IMG/VR virus record: IMGVR_UViG_3300032272_000032
Span: 1-42,069 of that record
DNA: 42,069 nucleotides
Source: a virus
Lineage: Duplodnaviria > Caudoviricetes
Reading direction: 5' to 3' (one strand)
Program-made: the position numbers and the translations under genes
Notes under the pieces: generated by a model
Seen by the model: only the letters and a program-made list of their open reading frames with translations
What the model was told of the DNA's origin: nothing
The model's database searches: none
Shown: piece after piece, positions 16,139-27,115 of the stretch
How the letters are laid out: every line of letters starts with the position of its first letter
Position numbering within the stretch: the first letter of the stretch is position 1

Positions 16139-19100
16139 ATGGCTGAGATTACCCAAAAGTTAGGCTTCGATGTTACCCAAGGAGTGAAAGCCCTTAATTC
16201 ACTCACTGATGCCACCAAGAGACTCACCTCTTCGCTCCGTGAACTGAACAAGGTTTCCCTGGGCAATGTGTCCAAGAAGCTCTCGGGGCTCAACAGGGGC
16301 CTAGGAAACACTCCCAAGAAAGCTGCTGCCGCTCAGAAGTCAATGTCTGCGCTCGGCAACGCTTCTGGTGTCGGTGCGGCCACCCAGCAACTTAACGGTC
16401 TCAACAACTCGCTCGGGCAAACCCAGCAGAAGGCCGCAGCTGCCGGCAACTCAGTCAAATCCACCTTCGCCGGAGCTTTCGTCTTCGGTGCCGCTCTCTC
16501 TGGCCTTCGGGACATTGTGAGCCTTCTAGGCGATGCCGCCAACGCTTCTAAAGAGTTCCAGCAAGCCATTGCTGAGGTCTCGACAATCTCTGGTAACGTA
16601 GGGGTCGATACGCTCACAACCGCAGTACGCAACCTCTCAGTGGAGTTCGGGAAGCCGACCGTCGAGCAGGCTGAAGCTGCGTACCAAGCTTTCTCGAACC
16701 AAGTTGTCAACTCAGCCAGCGACATGTCCTTCCTAACGGATGCGAACAAGTTGGCGATTGCCACCGTGTCAGAGACTGGCGATGCCGTCAACGCTCTGTC
16801 ATCGATCCTCAACACTTACGGCCAAGAAGCCGGAACAGCCACTCAGATCTCAGACGTCTTGTTCAAGACTGTCGAGGAAGGTCGAACCCGAATGTCGGAG
16901 TTCGCGAACTCTCTTGGTTCTGTTCTCCCACTTGCTAAGGAATCTGGGGTTTCATTCAACGAAGTCGCCGCAGCTTTGGCGACCATCACCAAGTCTGGTA
17001 CAACCACCAGCGTGGCGATGACACAAATCAGAGGTATCGTCTCGAAGCTCTTGAAGCCTACCGAGCAAATGAACCAAGCGTTCCGATCTTTCGGTGCGAC
17101 TGACGGTCCTTCGGCTATCGCAGCCGCAGGCGGCCTGAACCCATTGCTTCAGAAGATGAGTGAGTTCGCTGCTAAGAACGGAACGTCTCTTGTTAAGATG
17201 TTCGGTCGAGTCCGAGGCGGTACAGGTGCTTTGACCCTGGCGGCCAACGAGGGCGAGAACTTCAACGAAGTCCTCAAGAAACTGGACAGCTCAGCCGGAG
17301 CGGCTCAAGCTGCCTTCGACAAGATTGACGGGTCACCCGCGCGTGAGGCTGAGAAAGCTTTCAACGAGCTGAGAGTCCGTCTTGAGGAACTAGGGGACAC
17401 AATCCTACCGATCATCACCAAGTTCGTCCAGATGTTCAACAAGGTTATCCCGAACGCGAAGACAATGGGAGTTGCTATCGGCGGAGTCACAATCGCTCTT
17501 GGCCTTCTAGCTGCAGGGGCTGCAAACGCAGTCATTCCTCTGGGTGCCATCGTGGCCCTCTTGGGACCATTCGGTATCGCTGCGGCTGCTGTTGCTGCTA
17601 CCACTCTCATCGCTGTCGGTGTCATGCAACAGATGAACAAAGAAGTTCAGAAGCGGATCGACCTCAGCCTCGAAGAGAGCAAGCAGGCCAAGAAAACAGC
17701 TGACGAAACTGTTCTAGCGGAAGAGAAGAAGCTCGCGGCTATCGAGACTTCCTTCAACGAGACCAAGGCTTTCATCGAGGACGTATTCTCAACACAACTG
17801 GCAACCGCCCGAGAGTCAAACGCAAAAGTTATCGCAAGCTTCCAGGGAGTCCTGGACGCCTTCGCTGACTCTCGCTCGAAGGTTATCAAGTCGATCACTG
17901 ACGCCATCAAGGGTGCGGACGCTGAGATCGCCGCTTCTGCGGGCCGCTTGAAGAGTGCCCAGCAAGAACTGGCCGACATCAAGTTCGATGACGGGTTGAA
18001 GAACCTCACAGACCAAGGTAAGGTCGCGGCTACTCTGAGCCGGGCTCTGAAGACCGCTGCAGAATCTCGACGAGAGTTGGGGTCTGCTGGGCTTGACCAA
18101 GAGAAGACAAAAGAAGCTCTGGAGAAGCGGGCCACAGCTCGTCGGCAATTGGACGACGCCGAGCGTAGAGCAGCTTCCACAAAGACCACTCAAGACGACA
18201 AGACTGTCGCCGACGCTAAGAAGCGGTTCCTAAAGCAGATCGTTCGAGACGAGAAGCTTCGGGCAGCGACTGTCAAGAAGTTGCGCGACGAAGAGTTGGC
18301 TAAGGTCAAGACAGTCGAAGAGGCAATGAAGAAGGTGACCGCTGAAGTCCAGACTCTGGGCGACGTGGTTAAGGTTCAACTTGCGATCTTGGGCCAGATG
18401 TCTACCGGACCAAAGGAAGCCGAGATCGCGACCCAGACGCTTATCAAAGCTTTGGAGAAGGTCAACGAGCTTGCAGGTAAGGACGTCACTGGCGGCCTAG
18501 CTAAGAAGCTTGGCGGACAGAAAGGTGACACTGAAAACAGGAAGGGAAGCCAGCAGCTTCTGGAAGGAACTGCCAAAGCAGTCTTCGACACCGCTCAGAT
18601 TCGAAAGAATCTACAAGACGCCATCGGCACGGCTCCGTTCGAGGCTCTGGTCAACATCAAGGACCAGCAGATCAAAGCGGAAGTTGTCGTGGACGAGGCT
18701 CGTACCTCGGCGAAGCTGGCAGCTCTGCAACTCACTCTTGAGGAGCAACTCGCTAAGCAAGCCCTGAACGTTCCTGTGGCCATCGACACGAACGTCTTCG
18801 ATACCGTCACCCAGAAACTGGCTGCCCTATTCGTGACCGCGACCACAGACATCAACGCTGTGTTCGGGCCTCAAGGGTTGTTCACGAAGTCTATCAACGA
18901 CAGCATCGCGGGCATTGGTGAGCTGGACAAGGCTGGTATTGAAGCGGCGAAGAACGCTCTTGAAAACGTCGATAAGGCTCTGAAGGAAAATCAGAAGACC
19001 GGAAAGGACCCCCTCGACAGCGGTCAACTTGCGAACGTCGAAGCACAGATCGCGAACGCGAAAGCAATCATCCAAACTCGAAGCGAGCAACTTGAACTTC

Positions 19101-19645
19101 AAGGGCAAGCAGTTGAGAACAAAGCGGGTGAGCTTCCAGCAAAGATCGACGACGCTACAACCGCGACCAACAACCTCAAAACTGCTGCCAGCAAGGTAGC
19201 ACCAGAGGTTGCAAAGATCGGGCCGACTGCGGCTTCGCAAATCGGGTCAATCAATCAAGTGGCAACAGCATGGAAGCAAGTCACGAAAGCAGCTCAAGAA
19301 GCCGCAGCAGCGGGAGGTGGAGCAGGTGCTCCAACCCAGACTGCCTTCTTTGGCAAAGCAATCCATCGACAAACGGGTGGTTTCACCCGTGGTCAGGACC
19401 GTATTGCAACATCAACCGCTCCCGGAGAGTTTGTGATGAACGCCGCGTCTACGCGACAGTTCCGCTCACAACTGACAGCTATGAACGCTGGTCAGAAACC
19501 TCAATTCCGGGAAAAGGGTGGAGCAGTAACGAACGTGGGAGACATCAATGTCAATATTCAATCATCGGATGCAAGTGACATCCGAGGACGTGACGTCGCC
19601 CGTGACCTGAAGCGTGAGCTTCGAACTCGCTCTTCTTCTCTCTAA
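16139..19645 (+). CDS. Tail tape measure protein (TP901 family core)
   Basis: 1168 aa, Ala-rich helical; ISDVLFKTVEEGRT...FANSLGSV core; hydrophobic mid-segment; C-terminal TGG...D...PGEFVMNA motif. Confidence 0.93.
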   Translation: MAEITQKLGFDVTQGVKALNSLTDATKRLTSSLRELNKVSLGNVSKKLSGLNRGLGNTPKKAAAAQKSMSALGNASGVGAATQQLNGLNNSLGQTQQKAAAAGNSVKSTFAGAFVFGAALSGLRDIVSLLGDAANASKEFQQAIAEVSTISGNVGVDTLTTAVRNLSVEFGKPTVEQAEAAYQAFSNQVVNSASDMSFLTDANKLAIATVSETGDAVNALSSILNTYGQEAGTATQISDVLFKTVEEGRTRMSEFANSLGSVLPLAKESGVSFNEVAAALATITKSGTTTSVAMTQIRGIVSKLLKPTEQMNQAFRSFGATDGPSAIAAAGGLNPLLQKMSEFAAKNGTSLVKMFGRVRGGTGALTLAANEGENFNEVLKKLDSSAGAAQAAFDKIDGSPAREAEKAFNELRVRLEELGDTILPIITKFVQMFNKVIPNAKTMGVAIGGVTIALGLLAAGAANAVIPLGAIVALLGPFGIAAAAVAATTLIAVGVMQQMNKEVQKRIDLSLEESKQAKKTADETVLAEEKKLAAIETSFNETKAFIEDVFSTQLATARESNAKVIASFQGVLDAFADSRSKVIKSITDAIKGADAEIAASAGRLKSAQQELADIKFDDGLKNLTDQGKVAATLSRALKTAAESRRELGSAGLDQEKTKEALEKRATARRQLDDAERRAASTKTTQDDKTVADAKKRFLKQIVRDEKLRAATVKKLRDEELAKVKTVEEAMKKVTAEVQTLGDVVKVQLAILGQMSTGPKEAEIATQTLIKALEKVNELAGKDVTGGLAKKLGGQKGDTENRKGSQQLLEGTAKAVFDTAQIRKNLQDAIGTAPFEALVNIKDQQIKAEVVVDEARTSAKLAALQLTLEEQLAKQALNVPVAIDTNVFDTVTQKLAALFVTATTDINAVFGPQGLFTKSINDSIAGIGELDKAGIEAAKNALENVDKALKENQKTGKDPLDSGQLANVEAQIANAKAIIQTRSEQLELQGQAVENKAGELPAKIDDATTATNNLKTAASKVAPEVAKIGPTAASQIGSINQVATAWKQVTKAAQEAAAAGGGAGAPTQTAFFGKAIHRQTGGFTRGQDRIATSTAPGEFVMNAASTRQFRSQLTAMNAGQKPQFREKGGAVTNVGDINVNIQSSDASDIRGRDVARDLKRELRTRSSSL

Positions 19646-19661
19646 CTAGGAGTCATTCTAA

Positions 19662-20189
19662 ATGATTAACAAAATGGACAGCGGGTTGGTAACATCGGCT
19701 CGCAAAGCACTCAACGCCGCCGGGTTCTTCAACCCGATCAAGGCACAAGTTGTCAACAGCGACGGTGTCATCACCAAGACCACGTTTACCCAGAACGGTA
19801 TCGTGGACGAAGGTATGCACGCCCTGCTGGACATCATGTTCCGCAACCAGACTCAAAGTGCCATTTGGTACATGAGTCTGATCGACACCGGGGCCACCCT
19901 TGCCGACGCCGACACAATGTCGTCGAACTCTTGGGACGAAAACTTGAACTTCACGGCTGCCGCTCGGCAGAACTGGACGACAGCCTTGTCGGCTGCCGCT
20001 ACCCGTTCGATCTCGAACTCGACAACGATTGACTTTGCGTTCACAACAACGCAAACGATCCACGGCATTTTCATCAACGATGCGTTGACGGGAACAGCTG
20101 GCACACTATGGGCGACTGCTCCTTTCTCAACGGAAGTTACAGTCAACAACGGAGACACGCTGAAAGTGACCTACACGGTCTCTGGCTAA
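19662..20189 (+). CDS. Minor tail/structural protein
   Basis: AGGAG SD; NGIVDEG...ARQ...GTL...NGDTLKVTYTV pattern common in siphophage tail genes. Confidence 0.7.
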   Translation: MINKMDSGLVTSARKALNAAGFFNPIKAQVVNSDGVITKTTFTQNGIVDEGMHALLDIMFRNQTQSAIWYMSLIDTGATLADADTMSSNSWDENLNFTAAARQNWTTALSAAATRSISNSTTIDFAFTTTQTIHGIFINDALTGTAGTLWATAPFSTEVTVNNGDTLKVTYTVSG

Positions 20190-20203
20190 TCGCTCCCTCT
20201 CGG

Positions 20204-20249
20204 TCTGGGTCGCCCGTTCGCTGCAGAGCGGGCGGCTCAGATTTTCTTT
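20204..20249 (+). terminator. Rho-independent terminator
   Basis: TCTGGGTCGCCCGTTC/GAGCGGGCGGCTCAGA stem, then TTTTCTTT. Confidence 0.8.
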
Positions 20250-20262
20250 CAAAGGTACAACT

Positions 20263-21168
20263 ATGGCACGCTACGAGAAAATCGTCAACCACACAACCAG
20301 CACTCTGGATGGTACGATCAATGACACGGCCACCTCTGTGACAGTGGCGGACGGTTCTATCTGGCCTTCTGAAGGTGACTACCGCCTTCGCATTGACAAC
20401 GAGGTCCTCCTTGTGACGGCCCGGTCATCTAACGTACTCACAGTCGAACGTGGAGCAGACAGCACGACAGCTGTCTCCCACACTGATGGTACAACTCTCA
20501 TCCCAGTCCTAACAGCGGACGGTCTCAAAACTTACATCGATCACATCACAGCTGGTGCCAGTTCCCGAGAAGCGGCCCGATTGGTAGACATCGACGGCAA
20601 CCGACTGACCTCAGCTGACTTCACCATTGATAATGTGGACGGCTCGTTCTTCCAAGATCAAGCTGACGGAAGCTTGGCTCTTATCTCTGACAACACCGCT
20701 ACCAACAACGCCCAACTCCACGTCGCTTACAAAACCGCCCCCACAGCTCCTTGGACTGTCACTGCGGGTTTTCTATACCACGGATGGGACTGGGCGGGGA
20801 CCGCCACCACCGGAGGCATTCACTGCCGAGAATCATCGACGAGTGAGTTCATCAACATGACAAGCCATGGAGGTAACAACCACGGAGTGTTCCGTTGGAC
20901 TAATCCAACTACCTTCACCTCGACCGCAACAACCCCCACACCCAACTCGGACGTCTTGTCCCTTTGGATGCGTATCGAAGACAACAACACAAACCTTATC
21001 TTCAGCATTTCACACGACGGCATCAACTTTTTCCAGATGCTTAGCGAGAGCCGAACGAACTTCATGGCGGGCGGACCAGACCAAGTTGGATTCGCACTTA
21101 GCGAGAGGGCATGGGGGTCAGCCTCGCCGCGTCACTCAATCATCCTGAAGTCATGGAAAGAAGAATAA
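20263..21168 (+). CDS. Tail appendage protein, paralog 1 (small N-terminal beta module plus lectin-like beta sandwich)
   Basis: Shares the N-terminal TLxGxI...LTVxRGxxxxxAxxH module and the WxRIED.xTN...S.DG motif with the next two genes. Confidence 0.7.
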   Translation: MARYEKIVNHTTSTLDGTINDTATSVTVADGSIWPSEGDYRLRIDNEVLLVTARSSNVLTVERGADSTTAVSHTDGTTLIPVLTADGLKTYIDHITAGASSREAARLVDIDGNRLTSADFTIDNVDGSFFQDQADGSLALISDNTATNNAQLHVAYKTAPTAPWTVTAGFLYHGWDWAGTATTGGIHCRESSTSEFINMTSHGGNNHGVFRWTNPTTFTSTATTPTPNSDVLSLWMRIEDNNTNLIFSISHDGINFFQMLSESRTNFMAGGPDQVGFALSERAWGSASPRHSIILKSWKEE

Positions 21169-21169
21169 A

Positions 21170-23497
21170 ATGGCACGAGAGCAATTCGTAAACAACGCAG
21201 CAACAACTCTGAACGGGGCCATCGACGGCGTCGTGACCTCGATCACTGTAACTGACGGTTCTGTGTTCCCAGCCACTGGTGAGTTTCGTATCCTGATTGA
21301 CAGTGAGATCATCTTGGTAACGGCCCGAGCAACCCACGTCCTCACTGTGGAGCGGGGAGCTGACGGTACATCAGCAGCGTCTCACCTGACTCTGGCAGAC
21401 GTTACGGCTGTCCTTACCAAAGGTGCTTTGACGACTTTCACTGACGACACCCTGGCCGTCATGGGTCAGTTCGGCGGCTCGTCTAAGAGAAAACCTTTCC
21501 GTCTATTGGATCTGACAGGCAACACATTGACTTCGGCAGACTTCACTTGGCTGAACGAGGGGACTTCGTCTGTCGCGGATGACCCTTCTGGTGGGATGAC
21601 CGTCACGGTCAACGAAACAACCGGCGACTGGAAGATGCTCACAATCGCGATGCCTACCCCACCGTTCTCGCTGACTGCCCACATCCAGTTTGGACCTGGG
21701 TTCACCCGAAGCGGTAGCGGAAGTGCTCAAGGTATCGGATTCAGGGATTCTGCGAGCGGTCGGTTCGAACTCGCCTACGCCGAAATCGGAGACGAGATCG
21801 AGTTCTTCAGGTACACCAGCCCATCGACTTTCAGTGCGGCTGCCGCAACAAACAACCCTATGCACCTTGCGAACGACAACATGTGGTTGCGTGTCGAGGA
21901 CGACAACACAAACATCTATGCTTATTCCTCGCCGGACGGAATCTACTGGAGACTGATTGGCCAAGACACCCGAACCGCGTGGCTCGCTGCTGCCGATCAA
22001 TTGGTCTGGGCTTTCAACCCTCGGGGAGAAGCCGACAAGCTCATGCACTTGCGGTCGTTTGTCGTCCACCCCCAAGATCCCGTGCAAGGTATTGACTTCC
22101 AGATCGAGCCTGTGACATTCTTCGGGGACACAGGCACAACCCAGACTTCGGCTTCTCTGATCGGCACGCCTAAAGGTACGCTTCTACACCACGGATCTGA
22201 CACTGATGGAACCATCAGCACTGATCTTGGAATGAGCGTGTCGTTGACGGACGGTTTGGCAATCGCGAACGAGTCTCACTTCAGCTCTGGTAACCGCCAG
22301 CGTAACGACGCTGCAGCAACAACTTTGAACGGAGCCATTGACGATGTCACGACCACGGTGATCTTGGTCAACGGAAACGCTTTCCCGCCTTCTTCAAAAA
22401 CTCCCTACACAATCGTGTGTGAAGCTGAGGAAATGACGGTAACCAACCGGTCAAGCAACACCCTTACAGTCACCCGAGGCGTCAACGGCTCAACAGCTGT
22501 CTCTCACCTGGACACTACAGCTGTTACAGGTGATTACACCCAAGCACGTAACTATGAGAACAACGATTACGTTCTAGGTTGGCCTACTCAAACAGGAGAA
22601 CTGGGGCCAGCGTCACGCGCTCTGACATCCATTGTCGGCGGCCAGTTGCAGATCAATTGGTCGAACAGCAACGCGGCAGGCGACTACAAAGGAGCTATGC
22701 TTCACTTTGCGGGCAGCGAGCTGGAAGCCAAGGCAACTAGTAAATCGATCACCCACTCGGTCGCGGCGACCCAAGCCATCACAGGCGTTGGCTTCGCTCC
22801 TGACGCAGTGATTTGGATCGGAGGAAGCGCGGGTGGTCACACGAACCTTCAGACGAGAAAAGTTTCGTCTGGTATTGGCTTTGCTTCAAATGGCGGAGGT
22901 CAAGGGTGTTGCCTAATGCAGTCGATTGACGACAACGACTTCAGCGAAAACCACATCCAGACGGATTTGACCCACCTAATGTACGTGAGCCGAGACGGTA
23001 CTACTGACGAAGCTTCTGAGGTCACGTCTTGGGACGCGGACGGAATCACCTTGACTGGGCGAATCAACACGATGAGCCAAACCGTTGGTCTCTTGTTCCT
23101 GAAGCTTGGAGCCCCAGCCGACTCCGATGTCATTTCCATCGATCTGCCGATTTCGACCGGCGAACAGACCTTCGCGTTTGGCTTCGAGCCACGCTTGGTC
23201 ATGTTGATCACGTCCGGAGCTACGGCTCTGGGAACCCTTCAAAATGTGGACGGTGCTTGGGCGTTCTCAAACATCATGGCCGAGAGACAAGCTTGCACCT
23301 CGATGTTCTTGGAGCACAACGCTTCACCAGCGGCGAGTCAAGCTCTTCACTCGGACAAGGCCCTCAAGATTCCAGACGGTGCGGGCGGAACACTGTGGGA
23401 AGCTGACTTCGTTGGGTTCTCGGCCAGTGGGCTCACCCTGGACTTCACAACTGTTGGTGCATCAGTCACCAAGGCTATTGCGATTGGATTTAGATAA
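21170..23497 (+). CDS. Tail appendage protein, paralog 2, with a C-terminal extension
   Basis: First ~300 aa are colinear with paralogs 1 and 3; second copy of the N-terminal module internally; repeated G-F-x-P motifs (TGVGFAPD, FGFEPR). Confidence 0.7.
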   Translation: MAREQFVNNAATTLNGAIDGVVTSITVTDGSVFPATGEFRILIDSEIILVTARATHVLTVERGADGTSAASHLTLADVTAVLTKGALTTFTDDTLAVMGQFGGSSKRKPFRLLDLTGNTLTSADFTWLNEGTSSVADDPSGGMTVTVNETTGDWKMLTIAMPTPPFSLTAHIQFGPGFTRSGSGSAQGIGFRDSASGRFELAYAEIGDEIEFFRYTSPSTFSAAAATNNPMHLANDNMWLRVEDDNTNIYAYSSPDGIYWRLIGQDTRTAWLAAADQLVWAFNPRGEADKLMHLRSFVVHPQDPVQGIDFQIEPVTFFGDTGTTQTSASLIGTPKGTLLHHGSDTDGTISTDLGMSVSLTDGLAIANESHFSSGNRQRNDAAATTLNGAIDDVTTTVILVNGNAFPPSSKTPYTIVCEAEEMTVTNRSSNTLTVTRGVNGSTAVSHLDTTAVTGDYTQARNYENNDYVLGWPTQTGELGPASRALTSIVGGQLQINWSNSNAAGDYKGAMLHFAGSELEAKATSKSITHSVAATQAITGVGFAPDAVIWIGGSAGGHTNLQTRKVSSGIGFASNGGGQGCCLMQSIDDNDFSENHIQTDLTHLMYVSRDGTTDEASEVTSWDADGITLTGRINTMSQTVGLLFLKLGAPADSDVISIDLPISTGEQTFAFGFEPRLVMLITSGATALGTLQNVDGAWAFSNIMAERQACTSMFLEHNASPAASQALHSDKALKIPDGAGGTLWEADFVGFSASGLTLDFTTVGASVTKAIAIGFR

Positions 23498-24393
23498 TGG
23501 TACGACAAGAACGATTCGCGAACAACGCAACATCCACCCTTAACGGTGGCATCAGCGGAGCCGTAACTACGGTGAACATCAACTCTCTGGCCGGCTTCCC
23601 TTTGGAAGGCGACTACCGAATCGCTGTAGAGGCTGAGATCATGTTGGTCACCGCTCGATCAGGCGGGGCTCTGACGGTCGTTCGAGGTATTGAAGGTAGC
23701 ACGGCTGTCGGGCACGCTGACAACGCCGACGTAGCGATCATCATCACTAAGGCTGGAATCGACAAGTACATCACTGACTTCATCGACCCATACGCTTTCG
23801 ACCGTCCACCCAACCGGCTGTTGAACCAAGCTGGGACCGTCCTGACTTCATCTGACTTCACTCAGGGGAACTTCGGAACCAGTTCAGTTCTGGACGATGC
23901 CACTGGCGGGATCACATTGAAGATGGAGAGCCGAGCGGCCCCTAATGGTGTCGGTCTGTACAAGACGGCTCCGGCAACACCTTACACCCTCACCTGCCAC
24001 GTCCTGACAGGTGTTGGTGCTAATGACTCCGCAGACAACGCCAACTTGATCGGGTTCCGAGAAAGCTCCAGCTCAAAATTGAGCTTCATCGCTTACCACC
24101 ACAGCAACGACTCTTGGACTCAATACCTTGACGACTTCGCCACTACGGGCACAGCTCCGGCCAACTCGTCCCAAGAGAACACTCCTGTTCGTGCAGACTA
24201 CTGGCTGAGGATTGAAGATGATGGCACCAACCTTATCTACTACAAGTCAGCGGACGGTTACAACTGGTGGCAACAACACACTGAACTTCGTGGCTTCCAC
24301 TTTGACACAGGTCCTGACGAAATCTGGTGGGGCGGGGACAACCAGGGAGCCGACGACCAGATGATTCACCTACTCGCTTGGATCGAAGAGTAA
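23497..24393 (+). CDS. Tail appendage protein, paralog 3
   Basis: Colinear with paralog 1 (LTSxDFT, YKTAP..P.T.T, RESS.S, WLRIED, GPD, W.EE terminus). Confidence 0.7.
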   Translation: MVRQERFANNATSTLNGGISGAVTTVNINSLAGFPLEGDYRIAVEAEIMLVTARSGGALTVVRGIEGSTAVGHADNADVAIIITKAGIDKYITDFIDPYAFDRPPNRLLNQAGTVLTSSDFTQGNFGTSSVLDDATGGITLKMESRAAPNGVGLYKTAPATPYTLTCHVLTGVGANDSADNANLIGFRESSSSKLSFIAYHHSNDSWTQYLDDFATTGTAPANSSQENTPVRADYWLRIEDDGTNLIYYKSADGYNWWQQHTELRGFHFDTGPDEIWWGGDNQGADDQMIHLLAWIEE

Positions 24394-25665
24394 ATGGCAC
24401 TTACCTCACAACTAGGAACAGTAGACTCCACCCTGCTTGGGTCGTCGATGACGGCTGGACTTGGCGTGGGAGATCCGCTCATCCAAAGTCTGTCCCACAC
24501 ACTGGGCATCACCCAGACTCTGGGTCCGGTGATCGACGTGGCTACGAATATCGTCCTGACACAGGGGGTGGTTATCGAGTTGCTGATCGGTGACTTCCAC
24601 GCAGTGGGACACACTCTCGGGCTGTCCCACGCAGCCGTCACAGACTCTTTCCCTCAACTGGTTCAAGGTCTGGGGCTAAGTCACACGGTTGATGTCTTGA
24701 ACTTCAGCCCTATTGTACAGCAGTTGTTCCTAGGGCATGGTGTTCAGGTCGGGCAACCTCTGGTAGAAACAGTAGCGAGTCCGCTCGGGCTGACCTCTTT
24801 CGCGGGCAAGGACAATGAGCAGAGTATTGTGCAACCTTTGGGACTCGTGTCAATCGCGACTGACGTCCAGAAGCAAGAGCTTTCGCTTACCCATAACGCG
24901 GTCGCGTACCTGAACGCAGACCCTCACTTCCAGCAAGCTCTGGGGCTCAGCCACTCAGTGCTGATTAACCTGCAGTACGCTTCAGCCCCTTCGACCATCG
25001 ACATCGTTTCACAAGCAGTCGCTTACTGGATCGACGATGGAACCAAATGCGTCTACAACGACTTCAACAACTTTGGAACTCTTGGCCCTGAACCATACAC
25101 GGCTCAGACAGGGGCTCGACTCAGCTTCACTGCTTTGGATGGGTCTAACGACATCACGTTCCTTCGTAACCCAGAGCTTGACGACCGGGACCGTCTTGGA
25201 TACACGAGAATCAATCGGGAGACAAGTGGTGGCGAACTCCAAGTCTACCGGGACCCAACATGGCCGTTGGTGAACACTCTCCAAGGAACCATCGTCGGCT
25301 TGAAGCTGACGGACGTGGACGCTCTACTGACATTCTTCGGGGACCACCTCGGAGAAGAGATCTCTCTGCACGACTGGCATGGCCGCTTTTGGAGAGGGGT
25401 CATTATGAACCCCAACGAGCCTGTGGTGGAAGACACCCGAGATCGTTGGACCGTGGCATTCGAGTTCGAAGGAGTCGAAATGCCAGGACCAGACATCATT
25501 CAACAAGTCGGCTTGTCCGGCAGCGTCTCTGTGCTTCAATTGTTGACACGAGACATGACCAGCAACCTCGGGCTTACACACGCGGTTGAAGTTCTAACTG
25601 ACGACGTAATTCACAACGGGGACAATGTCCAATTCCGAGGATTCGAGGTAACTTACAGTGGCTAA
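24394..25665 (+). CDS. Tail-tip protein: repeat stalk plus distal-tail-like domain
   Basis: xLGLSHxV-type repeats flank a domain (LRNPE...FEFEG) that aligns by eye with 27627-28013. Confidence 0.6.
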   Translation: MALTSQLGTVDSTLLGSSMTAGLGVGDPLIQSLSHTLGITQTLGPVIDVATNIVLTQGVVIELLIGDFHAVGHTLGLSHAAVTDSFPQLVQGLGLSHTVDVLNFSPIVQQLFLGHGVQVGQPLVETVASPLGLTSFAGKDNEQSIVQPLGLVSIATDVQKQELSLTHNAVAYLNADPHFQQALGLSHSVLINLQYASAPSTIDIVSQAVAYWIDDGTKCVYNDFNNFGTLGPEPYTAQTGARLSFTALDGSNDITFLRNPELDDRDRLGYTRINRETSGGELQVYRDPTWPLVNTLQGTIVGLKLTDVDALLTFFGDHLGEEISLHDWHGRFWRGVIMNPNEPVVEDTRDRWTVAFEFEGVEMPGPDIIQQVGLSGSVSVLQLLTRDMTSNLGLTHAVEVLTDDVIHNGDNVQFRGFEVTYSG

Positions 25666-27094
25666 TATCGATCTATTTGCTCTAGACCAGGGCATTCAAA
25701 TTCAAGGTGATGACGCTGCCGCGCGGCAGATCACCATCGGTCAACAGGGGACATTCTCTGACATCCTTGTCATTGATACGGCTACCATTGCGCTTACAGT
25801 CGGCGGAGCCCTCACTCTTGGTGGCTCCCTGACTACGACCTCAGCGGTCTTCTCTGGGCAGGTGAACGCCAACGGCGGAATCACTAGCCCTGGTGGCGGT
25901 TCAGGTGGAGACTGTGAAGTCTTCGGAGTCCTCGCCGGCTCGAACCTAACAACTGGCGGAGGAAACACTTTCCTAGGGGACAGTGCGGGCCTCAATGTCG
26001 CCGCAGGCGCGAACAACATCTGTATCGGTAAGAACTCCGGCACTGGGATCGTTGCAACGAACACCAGCGTGGCCATCGGAGCCAACACAATCACCGCCGT
26101 TGACCAGGGTGACCTGATCGCGATTGGTGACGCAGCTCTTCGGTACACCGAAGGCTCGAACAACCTCGGCATCGGTAAGGCAGCTCTCTCTGGTTCAGCT
26201 GTCACGGCTCACACCGGTCAGTTCAATGTGGCCATTGGAACCAACGCTCTGTTGGTGATCGAAGGCAACACGTGGAACAACACTGCTATCGGCGGACGGT
26301 CTTGTCAGGCTTTGACAACTGGTGCCGGGAACTTGTGTATTGGTAAAGACACCGGGTTGCTTCTGACGACCGGCGGATCGAACACCTTCCTTGGCAACGG
26401 AACAGGTGACTCGACTACCACCGGAGCGTCTAACATTCTGATCGGCCCTGGTCTGGAAACAGACGCGGCTGGCACTGATGGTCAGTTGAAGATCCACTTC
26501 GCTGGCGGATCGAACACGCCGATCATCACCGGTAACATGGCGTCCAACATCAACCGACTTGGTATCAACCAAGAGACGTTGAGCGAGCAACTCAACGTTG
26601 AGGTTACAGCCGCTGCGGCTGTTGAGTGCTTGGGGCTGAGTCAGCTTGACATCACAGAGGGCTTCATTAACTTTGAGGCTACTTCGGCAGCCTCGGCTGT
26701 GAACCCGATCTCAAGCCTCACTACTCCTGGTATTATTTCCGGGTTTGTTCGAGGCGAAGTCAACGGAGTAGACGCTTGGATTCCAACCTACGGCGATCCT
26801 GGAACCCCAGAGATTACTCTCGCTGCGGCGGTCACGACTTTTGCAGTCGTAGGAGACTATATGGAGATCACAGGGGACGCAGGGGCAAACACGCTCGCTA
26901 CCATCACTGGCGGCGTCAAAGGTATGCTCCTCACTTTGAAATTTGTTGATGGTTTGGTAACGGTCACCGACACGGCTGCGGCCACGGTTGACACGGTTAA
27001 CCTGTCTGCGGCATTTACAAGCTCGGCAGACGACACGATGCAACTTATTCATGACGGAAATAAGTGGTTCGAAGTTTCTCGATCCGTCAACTAA
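25658..27094 (+). CDS. Tail fibre/adhesin-like protein with NTxxG beta-roll repeats (GTG start)
   Basis: Repeats NTFLG, NICIG, SVAIG, NVAIG, NTAIG, NILIG at ~14-aa spacing; C-terminal domain shared with the next gene. Confidence 0.75.
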   Translation: MANIDLFALDQGIQIQGDDAAARQITIGQQGTFSDILVIDTATIALTVGGALTLGGSLTTTSAVFSGQVNANGGITSPGGGSGGDCEVFGVLAGSNLTTGGGNTFLGDSAGLNVAAGANNICIGKNSGTGIVATNTSVAIGANTITAVDQGDLIAIGDAALRYTEGSNNLGIGKAALSGSAVTAHTGQFNVAIGTNALLVIEGNTWNNTAIGGRSCQALTTGAGNLCIGKDTGLLLTTGGSNTFLGNGTGDSTTTGASNILIGPGLETDAAGTDGQLKIHFAGGSNTPIITGNMASNINRLGINQETLSEQLNVEVTAAAAVECLGLSQLDITEGFINFEATSAASAVNPISSLTTPGIISGFVRGEVNGVDAWIPTYGDPGTPEITLAAAVTTFAVVGDYMEITGDAGANTLATITGGVKGMLLTLKFVDGLVTVTDTAAATVDTVNLSAAFTSSADDTMQLIHDGNKWFEVSRSVN

Positions 27095-27115
27095 TCTTTA
27101 TGGAGGATCTTTCTT

